A stretch of DNA of 64,000 nt from a virus. Its lineage: Duplodnaviria > Caudoviricetes. Below are positions 44,852 to 53,296 of this stretch, one piece after another. The notes under the pieces are model-generated. The model worked only from the letters and a program-made list of their open reading frames with translations. It had not been told where the DNA came from and made no database searches. The stretch is from IMG/VR virus record IMGVR_UViG_3300035454_000688, positions 12,544 to 76,543 of that record; one strand, 5' to 3'. How positions within the stretch are numbered: the stretch's first letter is position 1; every line of letters starts with the position of its first letter. The translations under genes and the position numbers were made by a program.

Positions 44852-45073
44852 TCAAACTGTTTCCGAGCCAAAGTCAGCAATCAGCTGCTCTACAGCAATC
44901 TCGATGATCTTCTCAAAGTCATCATCAGGATGAAAACCAGTATCGATCGACACATCATTGTAGAGGTCGCAACAATCATCTTGTGCATCTCGGCCATGCT
45001 GACCATTCATGCACTCGTAGAAGTATTCATATGGATCCTGATGATCCGCGATGTATTCAAATAAACTAGCCAT
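44852..45073 (-). CDS. Acidic hypothetical early protein
   Basis: LHPDDDFE-like motif; follows an early promoter and AAGGA RBS. Confidence 0.65.
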   Translation of the reverse strand: MASLFEYIADHQDPYEYFYECMNGQHGRDAQDDCCDLYNDVSIDTGFHPDDDFEKIIEIAVEQLIADFGSETV

Positions 45074-45098
45074 AATCAATTCCTTTTCTTTATATACC

Positions 45099-45127
45099 CT
45101 TATCCCTCTTTTTCACAAAAAGGTCAA
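45099..45127 (-). promoter_or_regulatory. Early sigma70-type promoter
   Basis: TTGACC, 17 nt, GATAAGGGTATA. Confidence 0.7.
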
Positions 45128-45357
45128 CAGAATTCATCCTCGGGCATAACATAATCATCCTTAACCATCAGGTCGTGAACATACTGAGCATGCTTGCACT
45201 TACCACGGATCTGACCAGCAGAGCAGTTACAGGTGAAACCGTAGTCGGTCATCGTGACCTTGTACACCTCACCAGTACGAGCTGAAGTGATCGGCCAGAC
45301 CTGATCGACCAAATGATGGCCTCTGAAGTTCATATCAGAGAAAGTCTGTGTGCGCAT
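45124..45357 (-). CDS. SWIM zinc-finger protein
   Basis: CNC...CKH (CxC-xn-CxH). Confidence 0.75.
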   Translation of the reverse strand: MRTQTFSDMNFRGHHLVDQVWPITSARTGEVYKVTMTDYGFTCNCSAGQIRGKCKHAQYVHDLMVKDDYVMPEDEFC

Positions 45358-45506
45358 CAGTTATGCTCCTCATTGATAAGGCTGATTATACCAACCATAA
45401 AGATCGAAAGACCAACTAAGCCCTGGAATGCAAACCGAAGCATACTTGCGTCCTCAGGAACGCACATTACGATCAAACCGATGAACACTGCAGCATACTT
45501 AAACAT
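45357..45506 (-). CDS. Small membrane protein (49 aa)
   Basis: Hand translation MFKYAAVFIGLIVMCVPEDASMLRFAFQGLVGLSIFMVGIISLINEEHN*; AAGGA RBS and TGATG coupling. Confidence 0.6.
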   Translation of the reverse strand: MFKYAAVFIGLIVMCVPEDASMLRFAFQGLVGLSIFMVGIISLINEEHN

Positions 45507-45535
45507 TCTGTATTCCTTTTCAAACCTTATATACC

Positions 45536-45564
45536 CTTATCCCTTTATTTTCATAAAAAGACAA
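45536..45564 (-). promoter_or_regulatory. Early sigma70-type promoter
   Basis: TTGTCT, 17 nt, GATAAGGGTATA. Confidence 0.6.
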
Positions 45565-45574
45565 CAGAGAAATG

Positions 45575-45605
45575 AAAAAAAAGAGGCCGAAGCCCCTTCT
45601 TTTTT
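45575..45605 (-). terminator. Intrinsic terminator
   Basis: AAGGGGC-TTCG-GCCTCTT followed by a T run, just after the DUF6445-like gene. Confidence 0.8.
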
Positions 45606-45623
45606 CTACAATGTTTTCAACGG

Positions 45624-46166
45624 CTACCACTCAGTGGAGAAAAAGAACGTTTGAATCAGCCTACCATCAATGAAGTTGGATCCAAAGTAATCCACGGAAG
45701 CATGAAACAGATCCCCTCTGTAGAGTATGAGGCGGTTGTATACGTTACCAACCTGATCAGTCACATCCCACTTTGTGTAGTCATATGATTCATATGACTC
45801 ACCTTGATCAGTGGTGTGCCCTGTTTCTTTGTGCCTATACAGCGCTGTGCCGCCCGAGAGAGGTGCATCTGGTGTCAGATACAAGACGCCTGCCCAGCTG
45901 TTATTCACATCGGCGTGAATCCACGTTCTATCATCTGCTGTGCACATCTGGAAGCAGCCACTGTATTGCTCACCCCAGTCGACAATCTTACCAGCAAAGG
46001 GCATGACTATCTCTTGAATCCCCTTCATAGTATCTTCATTGAGGAACGATTCCGTTCTCGATCCGGGATAGTTTCCTTTGACAGAGAAGTCTTGCCAGAG
46101 AGCAAACTCTCTCACATCATCGGGATTGTTATAGAAGTCGTCGATAGTTAGAAGATTAACGCGCAT
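45624..46166 (-). CDS. DUF6445-like (2OG-Fe(II) oxygenase-fold) protein
   Basis: IDDFYNNPD, YPGSRT, WIHAD, AGVLYLTP...GGT, YNRLILY..LFH, RLIQTFF. Confidence 0.7.
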   Translation of the reverse strand: MRVNLLTIDDFYNNPDDVREFALWQDFSVKGNYPGSRTESFLNEDTMKGIQEIVMPFAGKIVDWGEQYSGCFQMCTADDRTWIHADVNNSWAGVLYLTPDAPLSGGTALYRHKETGHTTDQGESYESYDYTKWDVTDQVGNVYNRLILYRGDLFHASVDYFGSNFIDGRLIQTFFFSTEW

Positions 46167-46812
46167 GGAATTCCTGACACATTTTAGTTGCTTTCTCAAT
46201 CCAGTTAGAGGCATGCTCTTCGAAGATCTGAGGACCACTATCTTCTTCGAGAGCGATCGCTATAACCAGCTTAGGGTGATACAGACCTGTCATCTCGTAG
46301 AGCATGTAGGAGTACATTGTAGCCTGTAGGAAGTAGTTTTCGATCCACTCCTTACGCTTAGGCTTTGTCGATGTCTTAAAGTCGATGATAGCAGGCTCGC
46401 CTTTGTAGGATGCGATAAGGTCGACAGACCCCGCAATCTTGAGCTTGTGAGAGAACAGCTGTCCTTCTGACGAACGAACGTTGTCGACATTCTGTTGGAG
46501 ATGCTTTGCAATCTGATTGTACATTGTACGATTCAGAGGCATCGTATCAGAGAAGTCGATCTCTTCATTGAGGACGAACTTCTCTAGAAGACTATGAACG
46601 GCAGTTCCTCTGCGCGTTGCTCTACCAGACACTCGGTTGGCTTCTTCCTCGCCTACACGCTTGCGCCATGCTATAATAGCAGTCTTATCTGACATCTCAG
46701 ATAACACCGTAGTCACAGACGGATACTTGTTGCCATCCGGTGTCTGGTAGAAACGCTGTTCGCCATCGATGCGAACGAGCTGGGGTAATTCAATTAGATC
46801 ATTTATAAACAT
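46156..46812 (-). CDS. PD-(D/E)XK exonuclease
   Basis: YPSVTTVL, RGTAVH, IAGSVDLI, IIDFKTS, YFLQATMY. Start moved to ATG 46812, 7 nt after a -10 box. Confidence 0.85.
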   Translation of the reverse strand: MFINDLIELPQLVRIDGEQRFYQTPDGNKYPSVTTVLSEMSDKTAIIAWRKRVGEEEANRVSGRATRRGTAVHSLLEKFVLNEEIDFSDTMPLNRTMYNQIAKHLQQNVDNVRSSEGQLFSHKLKIAGSVDLIASYKGEPAIIDFKTSTKPKRKEWIENYFLQATMYSYMLYEMTGLYHPKLVIAIALEEDSGPQIFEEHASNWIEKATKMCQEFHAR

Positions 46813-46818
46813 AATACC

Positions 46819-46846
46819 CTTATACACGCTTTTCACAAAAAGTCAA
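46819..46846 (-). promoter_or_regulatory. Early sigma70-type promoter (leaderless start)
   Basis: TTGACT, 16 nt, TATAAGGGTATT-ATG. Confidence 0.65.
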
Positions 46847-46849
46847 CAG

Positions 46850-47611
46850 TTAAATTACATCGATCCCAAGTTTTTCTCGGGTGATGATGTATTCTTTGAC
46901 CAGGGACGATCTGACGATGTCCTCGGGCTTGAAGTCGACGAAGTGGAATGATGGCATCCGTTCAATGATTCTCATGAACTTCTTGACACCTGTCTCTTCC
47001 TTGTAGCGCTCTGATGAGAGGTCATCCTGTCTGAAGTCTCCACAGAAGATGAACCTACAATTCTCACCAGCTCTCGTGATGATTGAGTGTAGCTCCATGT
47101 CCGACATATTCTGACACTCGTCTACAATTACAATGCAGTCAGAAAGTGTGATGCCTCTGATGAACGAGGTCGAGACGAACTCAACGATGTTCTTCTGCTT
47201 GAGGATCTCATAGGCATCCCCTCTGTCGTACAGCTCTGTTGAGATGGCGTAGTAGGGTGACTCATAGACCTTCATCTTATCCTTATGGCTACCAGGCAAG
47301 AAACCCATGTCTCTGGTAGGCACAACAGAACGGACTACGTATACTTTATTCTGATTAGATTGTTGATTGTGGAGGTTGTTGAGGGCAAGATAGAAGGCGA
47401 TGAATGTCTTGCCTGTCCCCGCCGTACCATGCAGGAACAAATGTTTGTCATCATAAAAAGCATCGAACACCCTTTGTTGATTATCCGTCATCGGCTTAAT
47501 ACGTTTAATGTTAAACGCGGGTGCGGCTTGTAGAGAACTGGCTCCCTGCTGTCTTAGTATTCGCTTTTCACGCTTTGTGAGTCGTGGTACTGGATCTGCG
47601 ATTTCTAGCAT
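46850..47611 (-). CDS. phoH: PhoH-family ATPase
   Basis: HGTAGTGKT, GFLPG, FIRGITL, IVDECQN, RFIFCGD.RQ, DIVRS.LV. Confidence 0.93.
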   Translation of the reverse strand: MLEIADPVPRLTKREKRILRQQGASSLQAAPAFNIKRIKPMTDNQQRVFDAFYDDKHLFLHGTAGTGKTFIAFYLALNNLHNQQSNQNKVYVVRSVVPTRDMGFLPGSHKDKMKVYESPYYAISTELYDRGDAYEILKQKNIVEFVSTSFIRGITLSDCIVIVDECQNMSDMELHSIITRAGENCRFIFCGDFRQDDLSSERYKEETGVKKFMRIIERMPSFHFVDFKPEDIVRSSLVKEYIITREKLGIDVI

Positions 47612-47659
47612 AGTTGCTCTTCTTCGTTTGAGTGAATCACCGGAGCATAACTAAGGGGG

Positions 47660-47965
47660 TTATTTTCTAAGCTGTCTCTCCTGTTGGCGAACAACAGCTT
47701 CGCGAGTTTTGGTTGCCTTGATTCCTTTGTCCCCATACTTGTCTGCAAGTGGAGATGTGGGGTTGGCTTTGGCGATGCGCGACATCATGTCGGTGAAACC
47801 TGAGTCGTTCTTATGCGTAACGCCTGCGATGCCAGATATAATAGCAGGCGCTGTGATCACTTGCTCAATGTCAGGATCCATGAGTCTTTCTTCACGGCCG
47901 GAGAAGGAAAGAAACTCTTCCCATTCTTCGCCCGTGCTTTTGTTTCGAAATTCATAGATTGGCAT
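47660..47965 (-). CDS. FmdB-like protein without the zinc-ribbon cysteines
   Basis: MPIYEFRNKSTGE start. Confidence 0.6.
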   Translation of the reverse strand: MPIYEFRNKSTGEEWEEFLSFSGREERLMDPDIEQVITAPAIISGIAGVTHKNDSGFTDMMSRIAKANPTSPLADKYGDKGIKATKTREAVVRQQERQLRK

Positions 47966-48123
47966 TAGGAGTATTCATCCTCTAGGTCAGACAGCCATGA
48001 TGCATCTCGTTGCTTCAAAGCTGACTGAATTTTCTTTTCGCTGATCTTTTCAAAGCGCTCAGAGCGCTGCCTGTAAGAATCATCGTACTCGTTGTATTCT
48101 TTAAACTTCTTGAACTTCTTCAT
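47965..48123 (-). CDS. Hypothetical protein (52 aa)
   Basis: Hand translation MKKFKKFKEYNEYDD...EDEYS*; TAATG coupling. Confidence 0.55.
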   Translation of the reverse strand: MKKFKKFKEYNEYDDSYRQRSERFEKISEKKIQSALKQRDASWLSDLEDEYS

Positions 48124-48535
48124 CGTCAACTAGTCCTGGAAATGCCTTGGCGATTACCGATTTAGTCAGCCCCTTGTAGGGCAGCTTCTTCTCTTTCATT
48201 GCGATCAGGATCTTTGCATCTTCTGGATGTACAGACTCTAGCATCTCAACGAAAAGAGTTTCACGTCTAAGGTTGGTCAATGGAGGACCACCTTCGCAGA
48301 ACAAATACAAACGCTTTGTCTCTCCATAGAGGAAGTTCTCTGCGTTTACTGGATCGCAGGGCTTGTATGGAGGCTCACCAGGTGGGAGGTTCCATTTGAC
48401 ACCATCATAGAAGGCACCTGCCAAGATAGTCTTGAGAACGTTGTTGTCCTCGTGCTGTCTTAGACTGTCGATCTTCTCCTGCTCAGTCTTCTTCTCAGAA
48501 GCCTCTTGGAGGATTTCAAAAATAGCTTTTTGCAT
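48101..48535 (-). CDS. Conserved hypothetical protein of T4-like phages
   Basis: WNLPPGEPPY, RRETLFVEMLESVHPEDAKIL; adjacent to rnh. Confidence 0.7.
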   Translation of the reverse strand: MQKAIFEILQEASEKKTEQEKIDSLRQHEDNNVLKTILAGAFYDGVKWNLPPGEPPYKPCDPVNAENFLYGETKRLYLFCEGGPPLTNLRRETLFVEMLESVHPEDAKILIAMKEKKLPYKGLTKSVIAKAFPGLVDDEEVQEV

Positions 48536-49380
48536 TAAAAGTCACCTATCGATTCAAATAAATTCTTCAGCTTATGCTCAATGAAGTAGTTGAACAGCTT
48601 CGAGCGATCCTTACCGCTTTGCTCTTCGTACTGCCTGATTGTCTCGTGGCGGATTGCCTCTGGTGTGAATGAGAGGTCCACAAGTTGCTCATTGCGCTTC
48701 CAGTTACGCAGCATTGTATCATCACAATAGTCCGTAGGATCCATTGTAATCCACTCGTTGAGCTTCTGATTGCGGATTGGCTTCTGGCGACTACCTACAA
48801 CAAAGGTATCGTCCTTGGAAAGGAAGTTAGGAACGCCGTCACCCATATCACCCTTGATGATATGTTCTTTTACGAACTGCGAAGGGTTGTTATGCGTAAG
48901 GAAACGCTTCCGTACAGGGTCGTACTGCTTTACGTTCATATAGTTCTGCAGTTGCACAAAGTCTTTGTCACCCGAGATAATGAGGATCGGAGCCCCATGG
49001 AAATGTTGAACGAGCGAACCAATGATGTCATCCGCCTCCGCACGTTCCACTTGGATAACGCGGTAAGGGAAGTACTCCTTGAGTTCGTTCCTAACCTTAT
49101 TTAGCGAATCAAACACCGCTGACCAGTCTAAATCAGAGCTATCCCTCGCTTTTTTTCTGTTCGCCTTGTAGTAGGGAAACACTTCCTTACGCCACGAACG
49201 AGGAGAGTCGCAAGCAATAACAAGCTCACCAAACTCTTGTGAGTGCTTCTTGTTAATGTTGCGAATCGAGTTAAGCACCATGTGACGAAAGAGACTCTCG
49301 TCGACAGCGATGTTGGTATGGGATCCAATCTGAGCCATGTAGTTGGATATCATTACCTGGTTAAGGTCCACTATGATCAT
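48535..49380 (-). CDS. rnh: T4-type RNase H (5'-3' exonuclease)
   Basis: IIVDLNQ, WRKEVFPYYKANRK, AEADDII, ISGDKDF.QL, IKGDMGDGVPN. Confidence 0.92.
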   Translation of the reverse strand: MIIVDLNQVMISNYMAQIGSHTNIAVDESLFRHMVLNSIRNINKKHSQEFGELVIACDSPRSWRKEVFPYYKANRKKARDSSDLDWSAVFDSLNKVRNELKEYFPYRVIQVERAEADDIIGSLVQHFHGAPILIISGDKDFVQLQNYMNVKQYDPVRKRFLTHNNPSQFVKEHIIKGDMGDGVPNFLSKDDTFVVGSRQKPIRNQKLNEWITMDPTDYCDDTMLRNWKRNEQLVDLSFTPEAIRHETIRQYEEQSGKDRSKLFNYFIEHKLKNLFESIGDF

Positions 49381-49386
49381 AATATT

Positions 49387-49755
49387 TTAAGAATTATCTT
49401 CTTCCTCTGTTTCGAAGTGTGTAGGCACTTTGTAGGTATACGAGAAGCCATCTTCGGTATGTTCAAACACTATCATGTGCTCTACCATACTATGGAAAGG
49501 ATGATATAAAGTCAACGCTTTATATGCAGCTGCACGTATCGATTCGCAGATTAATGCATTACACATATGCACTTCATCTCCGGTGATGTCGATTCCCTCT
49601 TTTGCGAGGGCCTCGAACAGTGCCATCATCCCCTCTGCGATAGCATGGTCTGCTAGCTCCGCACGTACGAGACTTACGTTCTCTTTGACCTCCTCAATCG
49701 ATTGAGGTGGGGCATACCTGTGCGCTTTGGGAAATTGTATTACGTTATCCGTCAT
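49387..49755 (-). CDS. Hypothetical protein
   Basis: NVIQFP N-terminus; YHPFH motif. Confidence 0.65.
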   Translation of the reverse strand: MTDNVIQFPKAHRYAPPQSIEEVKENVSLVRAELADHAIAEGMMALFEALAKEGIDITGDEVHMCNALICESIRAAAYKALTLYHPFHSMVEHMIVFEHTEDGFSYTYKVPTHFETEEEDNS

Positions 49756-50453
49756 ACCTGGAAAGTTTTCAAAAGAAGAGTCTCCGTATTGATCCTGCCA
49801 CTCGGGACCGAGGTCTTGGCTTTGATCTTATTGAACTCTGACCACAGAGTGGTCGTTGATGCACTGAGAAGTTTCTCGAGCTGCTTCTTCGGATCGCGTA
49901 GAGTCTTTTGTACAGACTTCTGTGGGTTGTATTGAGTAATAGAAGACCTAGATACACCTAGTGTGAAGGGAACGGTGTCTAGAGCCTGGAAGATAGTGAA
50001 CTTCCTTGTCTTTGTGTTGTATGTGCAGAGAGTCTGTGACCTTGGGATCTGCACAGCTTCTATACTGACGAGATCGAGCTCTGGGAACTCTTTCATGTAG
50101 TTGAGCTTTGCAACGATCTGTTCAACAGGCTTCTCCCTAGGAACACGAGTTTGTTTCTTCACCTTCTGCTTAGTATTTAGATACCGTTGGCAGTCGTCAA
50201 TGACCATCTCGAGAAATAATTTCTCACGTTCATGCTCAGAGTCTTTGATCTTTGCATAGAAGGCATGCAGCTTCTGAACACTAAACGCGCTCGCCTTACG
50301 CTCTTTGAGGACAGCCATAGGAGAAAACTTGGCCCGCTTGTTGGAGATAAAGATATCAAGATTGTACTCGAACAGAGTGATAAGGTCTGAAGCCTTGCGC
50401 TCTGCGTAGTATTGAATCGACCGCTTGGGTTTAGTTTCTTCTAATGGCTGCAT
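49752..50453 (-). CDS. Conserved basic hypothetical protein
   Basis: YNTKTRK...KTLRDP...GRINTETLLL. Start moved to ATG 50453 after GAGG. Confidence 0.65.
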   Translation of the reverse strand: MQPLEETKPKRSIQYYAERKASDLITLFEYNLDIFISNKRAKFSPMAVLKERKASAFSVQKLHAFYAKIKDSEHEREKLFLEMVIDDCQRYLNTKQKVKKQTRVPREKPVEQIVAKLNYMKEFPELDLVSIEAVQIPRSQTLCTYNTKTRKFTIFQALDTVPFTLGVSRSSITQYNPQKSVQKTLRDPKKQLEKLLSASTTTLWSEFNKIKAKTSVPSGRINTETLLLKTFQV

Positions 50454-50477
50454 AGTTTCCTCTTTAATGTATAATCC

Positions 50478-50506
50478 CTTATACATCTTTTTGACAAAAA
50501 GGTCAA
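50478..50506 (-). promoter_or_regulatory. Early sigma70-type promoter
   Basis: TTGACC, 17 nt, TATAAGGG. Confidence 0.65.
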
Positions 50507-51483
50507 CCCACTTTATATGAGAACATCGGACCTTCGTCCTTCGGAAGCTCCCGTGGTTCATTCAGCAACGACCTCAGTAGGGCTTCCCATTGCTGCTTGC
50601 GGATGTCCCAGTTGTAGAACACATCTGCATAACTCTTTTGTGAAGCAATGCGTGATTGGATAGCATCGTTGTCGATATACTCAATCGCGTCTTCAAGATA
50701 CTTATAGAAGTACGCGGCGTGCTCGTTAGGTTCCTCAAGGAACTGATACATTGAGGTCCAGTTAGCGGCCGTCTCATATAGAGCACCAAGGTTCGGGTGA
50801 ACACAAAGCATACCCGCAGACATCGCTTCCTGCAGAACGAGACACGAAGTCTCTACCCATGTCGATGGGTATGCAAGAATGTGATTCTTCTTAAGTTCTT
50901 CGCGAAGCTCGTCGTTTGGCAGCGTTCCAAAGTAATTGATCTTTGGATGAGCCTCACATGCCTCAAACAAGGGCTTGAACGGCTCATCCCGCTCTGCCCA
51001 GCCATAGAGGTTGAACGACGAGTAAACATTCAGCTCGATGTTGTCAAACTTCTCACAGAGCTTCTGGAACACAGGAACCAGAATATTCAGTCCACGGTGG
51101 GGCGTCGACCAATAGGCAAGGGAGATCTTGTCCTTCGGCTTCTCGTGAGGCTCGATAGGTGTGATAGCATTATGCATGACAACACACTTAGAGTATGGAA
51201 TGTCATACTTTGCGATGTATGCCTGCATCTGCCAGTTAGATACGAACACAAGGCGATGAAACTTCTTCCATCCACCATCTGCCAGGTGAGCAGACTCGGG
51301 ATCATCGGGAAGGTCATGGAGCCAAAGGATCCTTACCTTAGTCTCATCAAGGTCTCGAACCCTCGAACGGATGATCTGGAAGTTGGAAAGGAGGTCTGGG
51401 TCGATAGACGACTCCAGACGTGCTCCCATCAATTCGGTTCCGCCCATTGCTTTGGCGGATACTTCATCATTAACTGATACCAT
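50503..51483 (-). CDS. Stand-alone GT4-like glycosyltransferase
   Basis: MGGTELM, LWLHD, STPHRGL, YPSTWVETSCLVLQEAMSAG, GALYET. Confidence 0.85.
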   Translation of the reverse strand: MVSVNDEVSAKAMGGTELMGARLESSIDPDLLSNFQIIRSRVRDLDETKVRILWLHDLPDDPESAHLADGGWKKFHRLVFVSNWQMQAYIAKYDIPYSKCVVMHNAITPIEPHEKPKDKISLAYWSTPHRGLNILVPVFQKLCEKFDNIELNVYSSFNLYGWAERDEPFKPLFEACEAHPKINYFGTLPNDELREELKKNHILAYPSTWVETSCLVLQEAMSAGMLCVHPNLGALYETAANWTSMYQFLEEPNEHAAYFYKYLEDAIEYIDNDAIQSRIASQKSYADVFYNWDIRKQQWEALLRSLLNEPRELPKDEGPMFSYKVG

Positions 51484-51778
51484 TTGAGCTCTCACTAAAT
51501 CCAATAATAGAGTCGAAGCGGAAAGACCGCCATGCGTTCTTCTCGAGATCCCACACCTTCATTACATCGGGGTTGGGAGTTTTCTTCTCAATCTGTTCTT
51601 CGAGATCCGTTTGTTCGGGCAGAAGATCTGCCTTCAACGTACAGCGCATAGTGCGCTCCGAACCATCTTTCTTAATGAACGTAACAGCTAGTTGACCATT
51701 CTGTAAGGCATTCTTAATATAATCAGCCTGCCAGGTATTGTTGCTCTGGTCGGTTTGTCCATTCTGTGAGTTTGTCAT
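51470..51778 (-). CDS. WYL_2/Sm-like SH3 beta-barrel protein
   Basis: VTFIKKDGSERTMRCTL...VWDLEKNAWRSFR. Confidence 0.75.
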   Translation of the reverse strand: MTNSQNGQTDQSNNTWQADYIKNALQNGQLAVTFIKKDGSERTMRCTLKADLLPEQTDLEEQIEKKTPNPDVMKVWDLEKNAWRSFRFDSIIGFSESSNGIS

Positions 51779-51977
51779 ATCCACCAACTTTTTCTCCATC
51801 AATAATAATAAAAGGCATACTCTTTACTTCAGGGAAGATAGTCATAAACTCATCGCGTGTGAGATCTGTCCCCAACTTCATCTCAGTGTACATGAGATTC
51901 TTTGACTGTAGGTATTGCTTTGCCATTACGCAGTAGCTACAATTGTCTTTTGTGTATACAACGATGTGTTTAGACAT
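51723..51977 (-). CDS. Glutaredoxin
   Basis: VYTKDNCSYC (CxxC), SMPFI, VGGY. Confidence 0.9.
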   Translation of the reverse strand: MSKHIVVYTKDNCSYCVMAKQYLQSKNLMYTEMKLGTDLTRDEFMTIFPEVKSMPFIIIDGEKVGGYDKLTEWTNRPEQQYLAG

Positions 51978-52239
51978 CTTCTTTGCTCCCATACATTCCT
52001 CCAGATGACCTACGCTTAGGATCACCCCATACGACATTTGCCCTGACACGAACAAAACGTTTGTTTGTCTGAGTGCCAGGAACAGTCACCCAAGGGTTCT
52101 GACCCTTGAGCCAAGCCTTACGTTTGTTCATTGCAACTTCGCCTGGCGAACGACCCTGACGGACTTCTTTGACACCAGCTACGATATTACGGCGCTGACC
52201 CTTCGACACTACTGTCTTCCGTGTTCTTTTCTTACCCAC
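51970..52239 (-). CDS. Basic hypothetical protein
   Basis: K/R-rich; NPWVTV...NKRFVRV. Confidence 0.6.
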   Translation of the reverse strand: MGKKRTRKTVVSKGQRRNIVAGVKEVRQGRSPGEVAMNKRKAWLKGQNPWVTVPGTQTNKRFVRVRANVVWGDPKRRSSGGMYGSKEDV

Positions 52240-52265
52240 TGATTAGTCTCACTTTCTTTCCCATA

Positions 52266-52658
52266 TTACTTGCTTATAACACCCTTGTCCAATAAAGTCA
52301 ACGATTGATCTCTATCAATGTACTTATATTCGACCTTAGTGGGTTGAAACTCTTTGATAGCCTCGAATACATCGTTTATATCCAGCGTAGAACACGTGTA
52401 CACGTCCAGTTGCATTATGGCAGGCTGAACTTCATCCCATACGTGCATAGCGATGTGAGACGTTTCTATGATCGTTACTGCAGTAAGGCCTTGGTTGCCT
52501 ACCATATCCGAATACACGGCATATGGGCCCATTAGAATGTTCATCCCGATACGATCTACGAGTTCTCGCATCCACTCTTTAATGTCTGTTGCATTGTAAG
52601 GTGGATCGTTCAGCTCGGCACGAACTATAAGATGTTTATGTTCAAGTATCTTAGACAA
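52266..52658 (-). CDS. speD: S-adenosylmethionine decarboxylase proenzyme (class I)
   Basis: HLIV, GLTAVTIIETSHIAMHVWDE (self-cleavage S-H), LDVYTC; TTG start. Confidence 0.85.
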   Translation of the reverse strand: MSKILEHKHLIVRAELNDPPYNATDIKEWMRELVDRIGMNILMGPYAVYSDMVGNQGLTAVTIIETSHIAMHVWDEVQPAIMQLDVYTCSTLDINDVFEAIKEFQPTKVEYKYIDRDQSLTLLDKGVISK

Positions 52659-52672
52659 CGCATATGGTTCCT

Positions 52673-53098
52673 TTATTTAATCGATCGTAAATGTTCTTTG
52701 AGGATGTTGGATCCGCCAATGCGGACATTGATGATACCGTTATAGTAGTCATCCGTCTCGAGCACTCTGCGCTCGAACTGCTCTCTGGCTTCTAGGTAGC
52801 TGGCAATTCCTTTACTCGGGCAGAAGTGCAATACTTCGCGAGTGAAGTTGTCAGGACCAAGACGTTCAACATCGGCCTTAAGCCTGTCGCTCGAACCCCA
52901 GTAATCGCGCCAATCGCTTTCCTTTGTCGAACGTCTCTTCTTTGTTTTGCCTTTGAGAGGTTGCTTAGTTACCTTGAACCTAGCTAGCTTCTTACCTACG
53001 TACATCATGCCGTTGGTCTTATTGGTGATAAGATACACAAAAGCTTCACAGCCTTCTGGCAGCTCTTCTATCTCATTACCCTCAAATAACCAAACCAT
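52673..53098 (-). CDS. GIY-YIG endonuclease (EndoII/Seg-like)
   Basis: FVYLITN..NG..YVGKK, YWGSS, FTREVL, YYN. Confidence 0.8.
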   Translation of the reverse strand: MVWLFEGNEIEELPEGCEAFVYLITNKTNGMMYVGKKLARFKVTKQPLKGKTKKRRSTKESDWRDYWGSSDRLKADVERLGPDNFTREVLHFCPSKGIASYLEAREQFERRVLETDDYYNGIINVRIGGSNILKEHLRSIK

Positions 53099-53122
53099 GA
53101 TATCTTCTCGCTTGTAAAAAGA

Positions 53123-53130
53123 TATTTATA
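53123..53130 (-). promoter_or_regulatory. T4-type late promoter TATAAATA
   Basis: Exact match about 25 nt upstream of the GIY-YIG gene. Confidence 0.55.
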
Positions 53131-53137
53131 GGTTCAA

Positions 53138-53296
53138 TTACTCGTCGTCCCAGTACGTGTCTTCTTCGTCCTCATCGTCTTCTAGCTCGATCTCTTCGGA
53201 GCAGAAGGGACAGAAAAGTATCTTGTCTGGGTTGTCTACAATGGTTACAACCTTAAACTCGGAGTCGCAGCTTTCGCAACAGTGCCAATCGTTCAT
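53138..53296 (-). CDS. Small zinc-ribbon protein with acidic tail (52 aa)
   Basis: Hand translation MNDWHCCESCDSE...FCPFCSEEIELEDDEDEE*; ATGA overlap with nrdB. Confidence 0.65.
   Translation of the reverse strand: MNDWHCCESCDSEFKVVTIVDNPDKILFCPFCSEEIELEDDEDEEDTYWDDE

Noticed and set aside
47660-47965. Cys-less FmdB-like protein as a novelty
   Set aside because: This MPxYxF.N..TGE variant is, to my recollection, common in T4-like phages, and nothing here sets it apart.
52673-53098. GIY-YIG gene as an intron-encoded homing endonuclease
   Set aside because: It is free-standing, the flanking genes are intact, and it is short with no DNA-binding extension. It fits an EndoII/Seg-like nuclease better.
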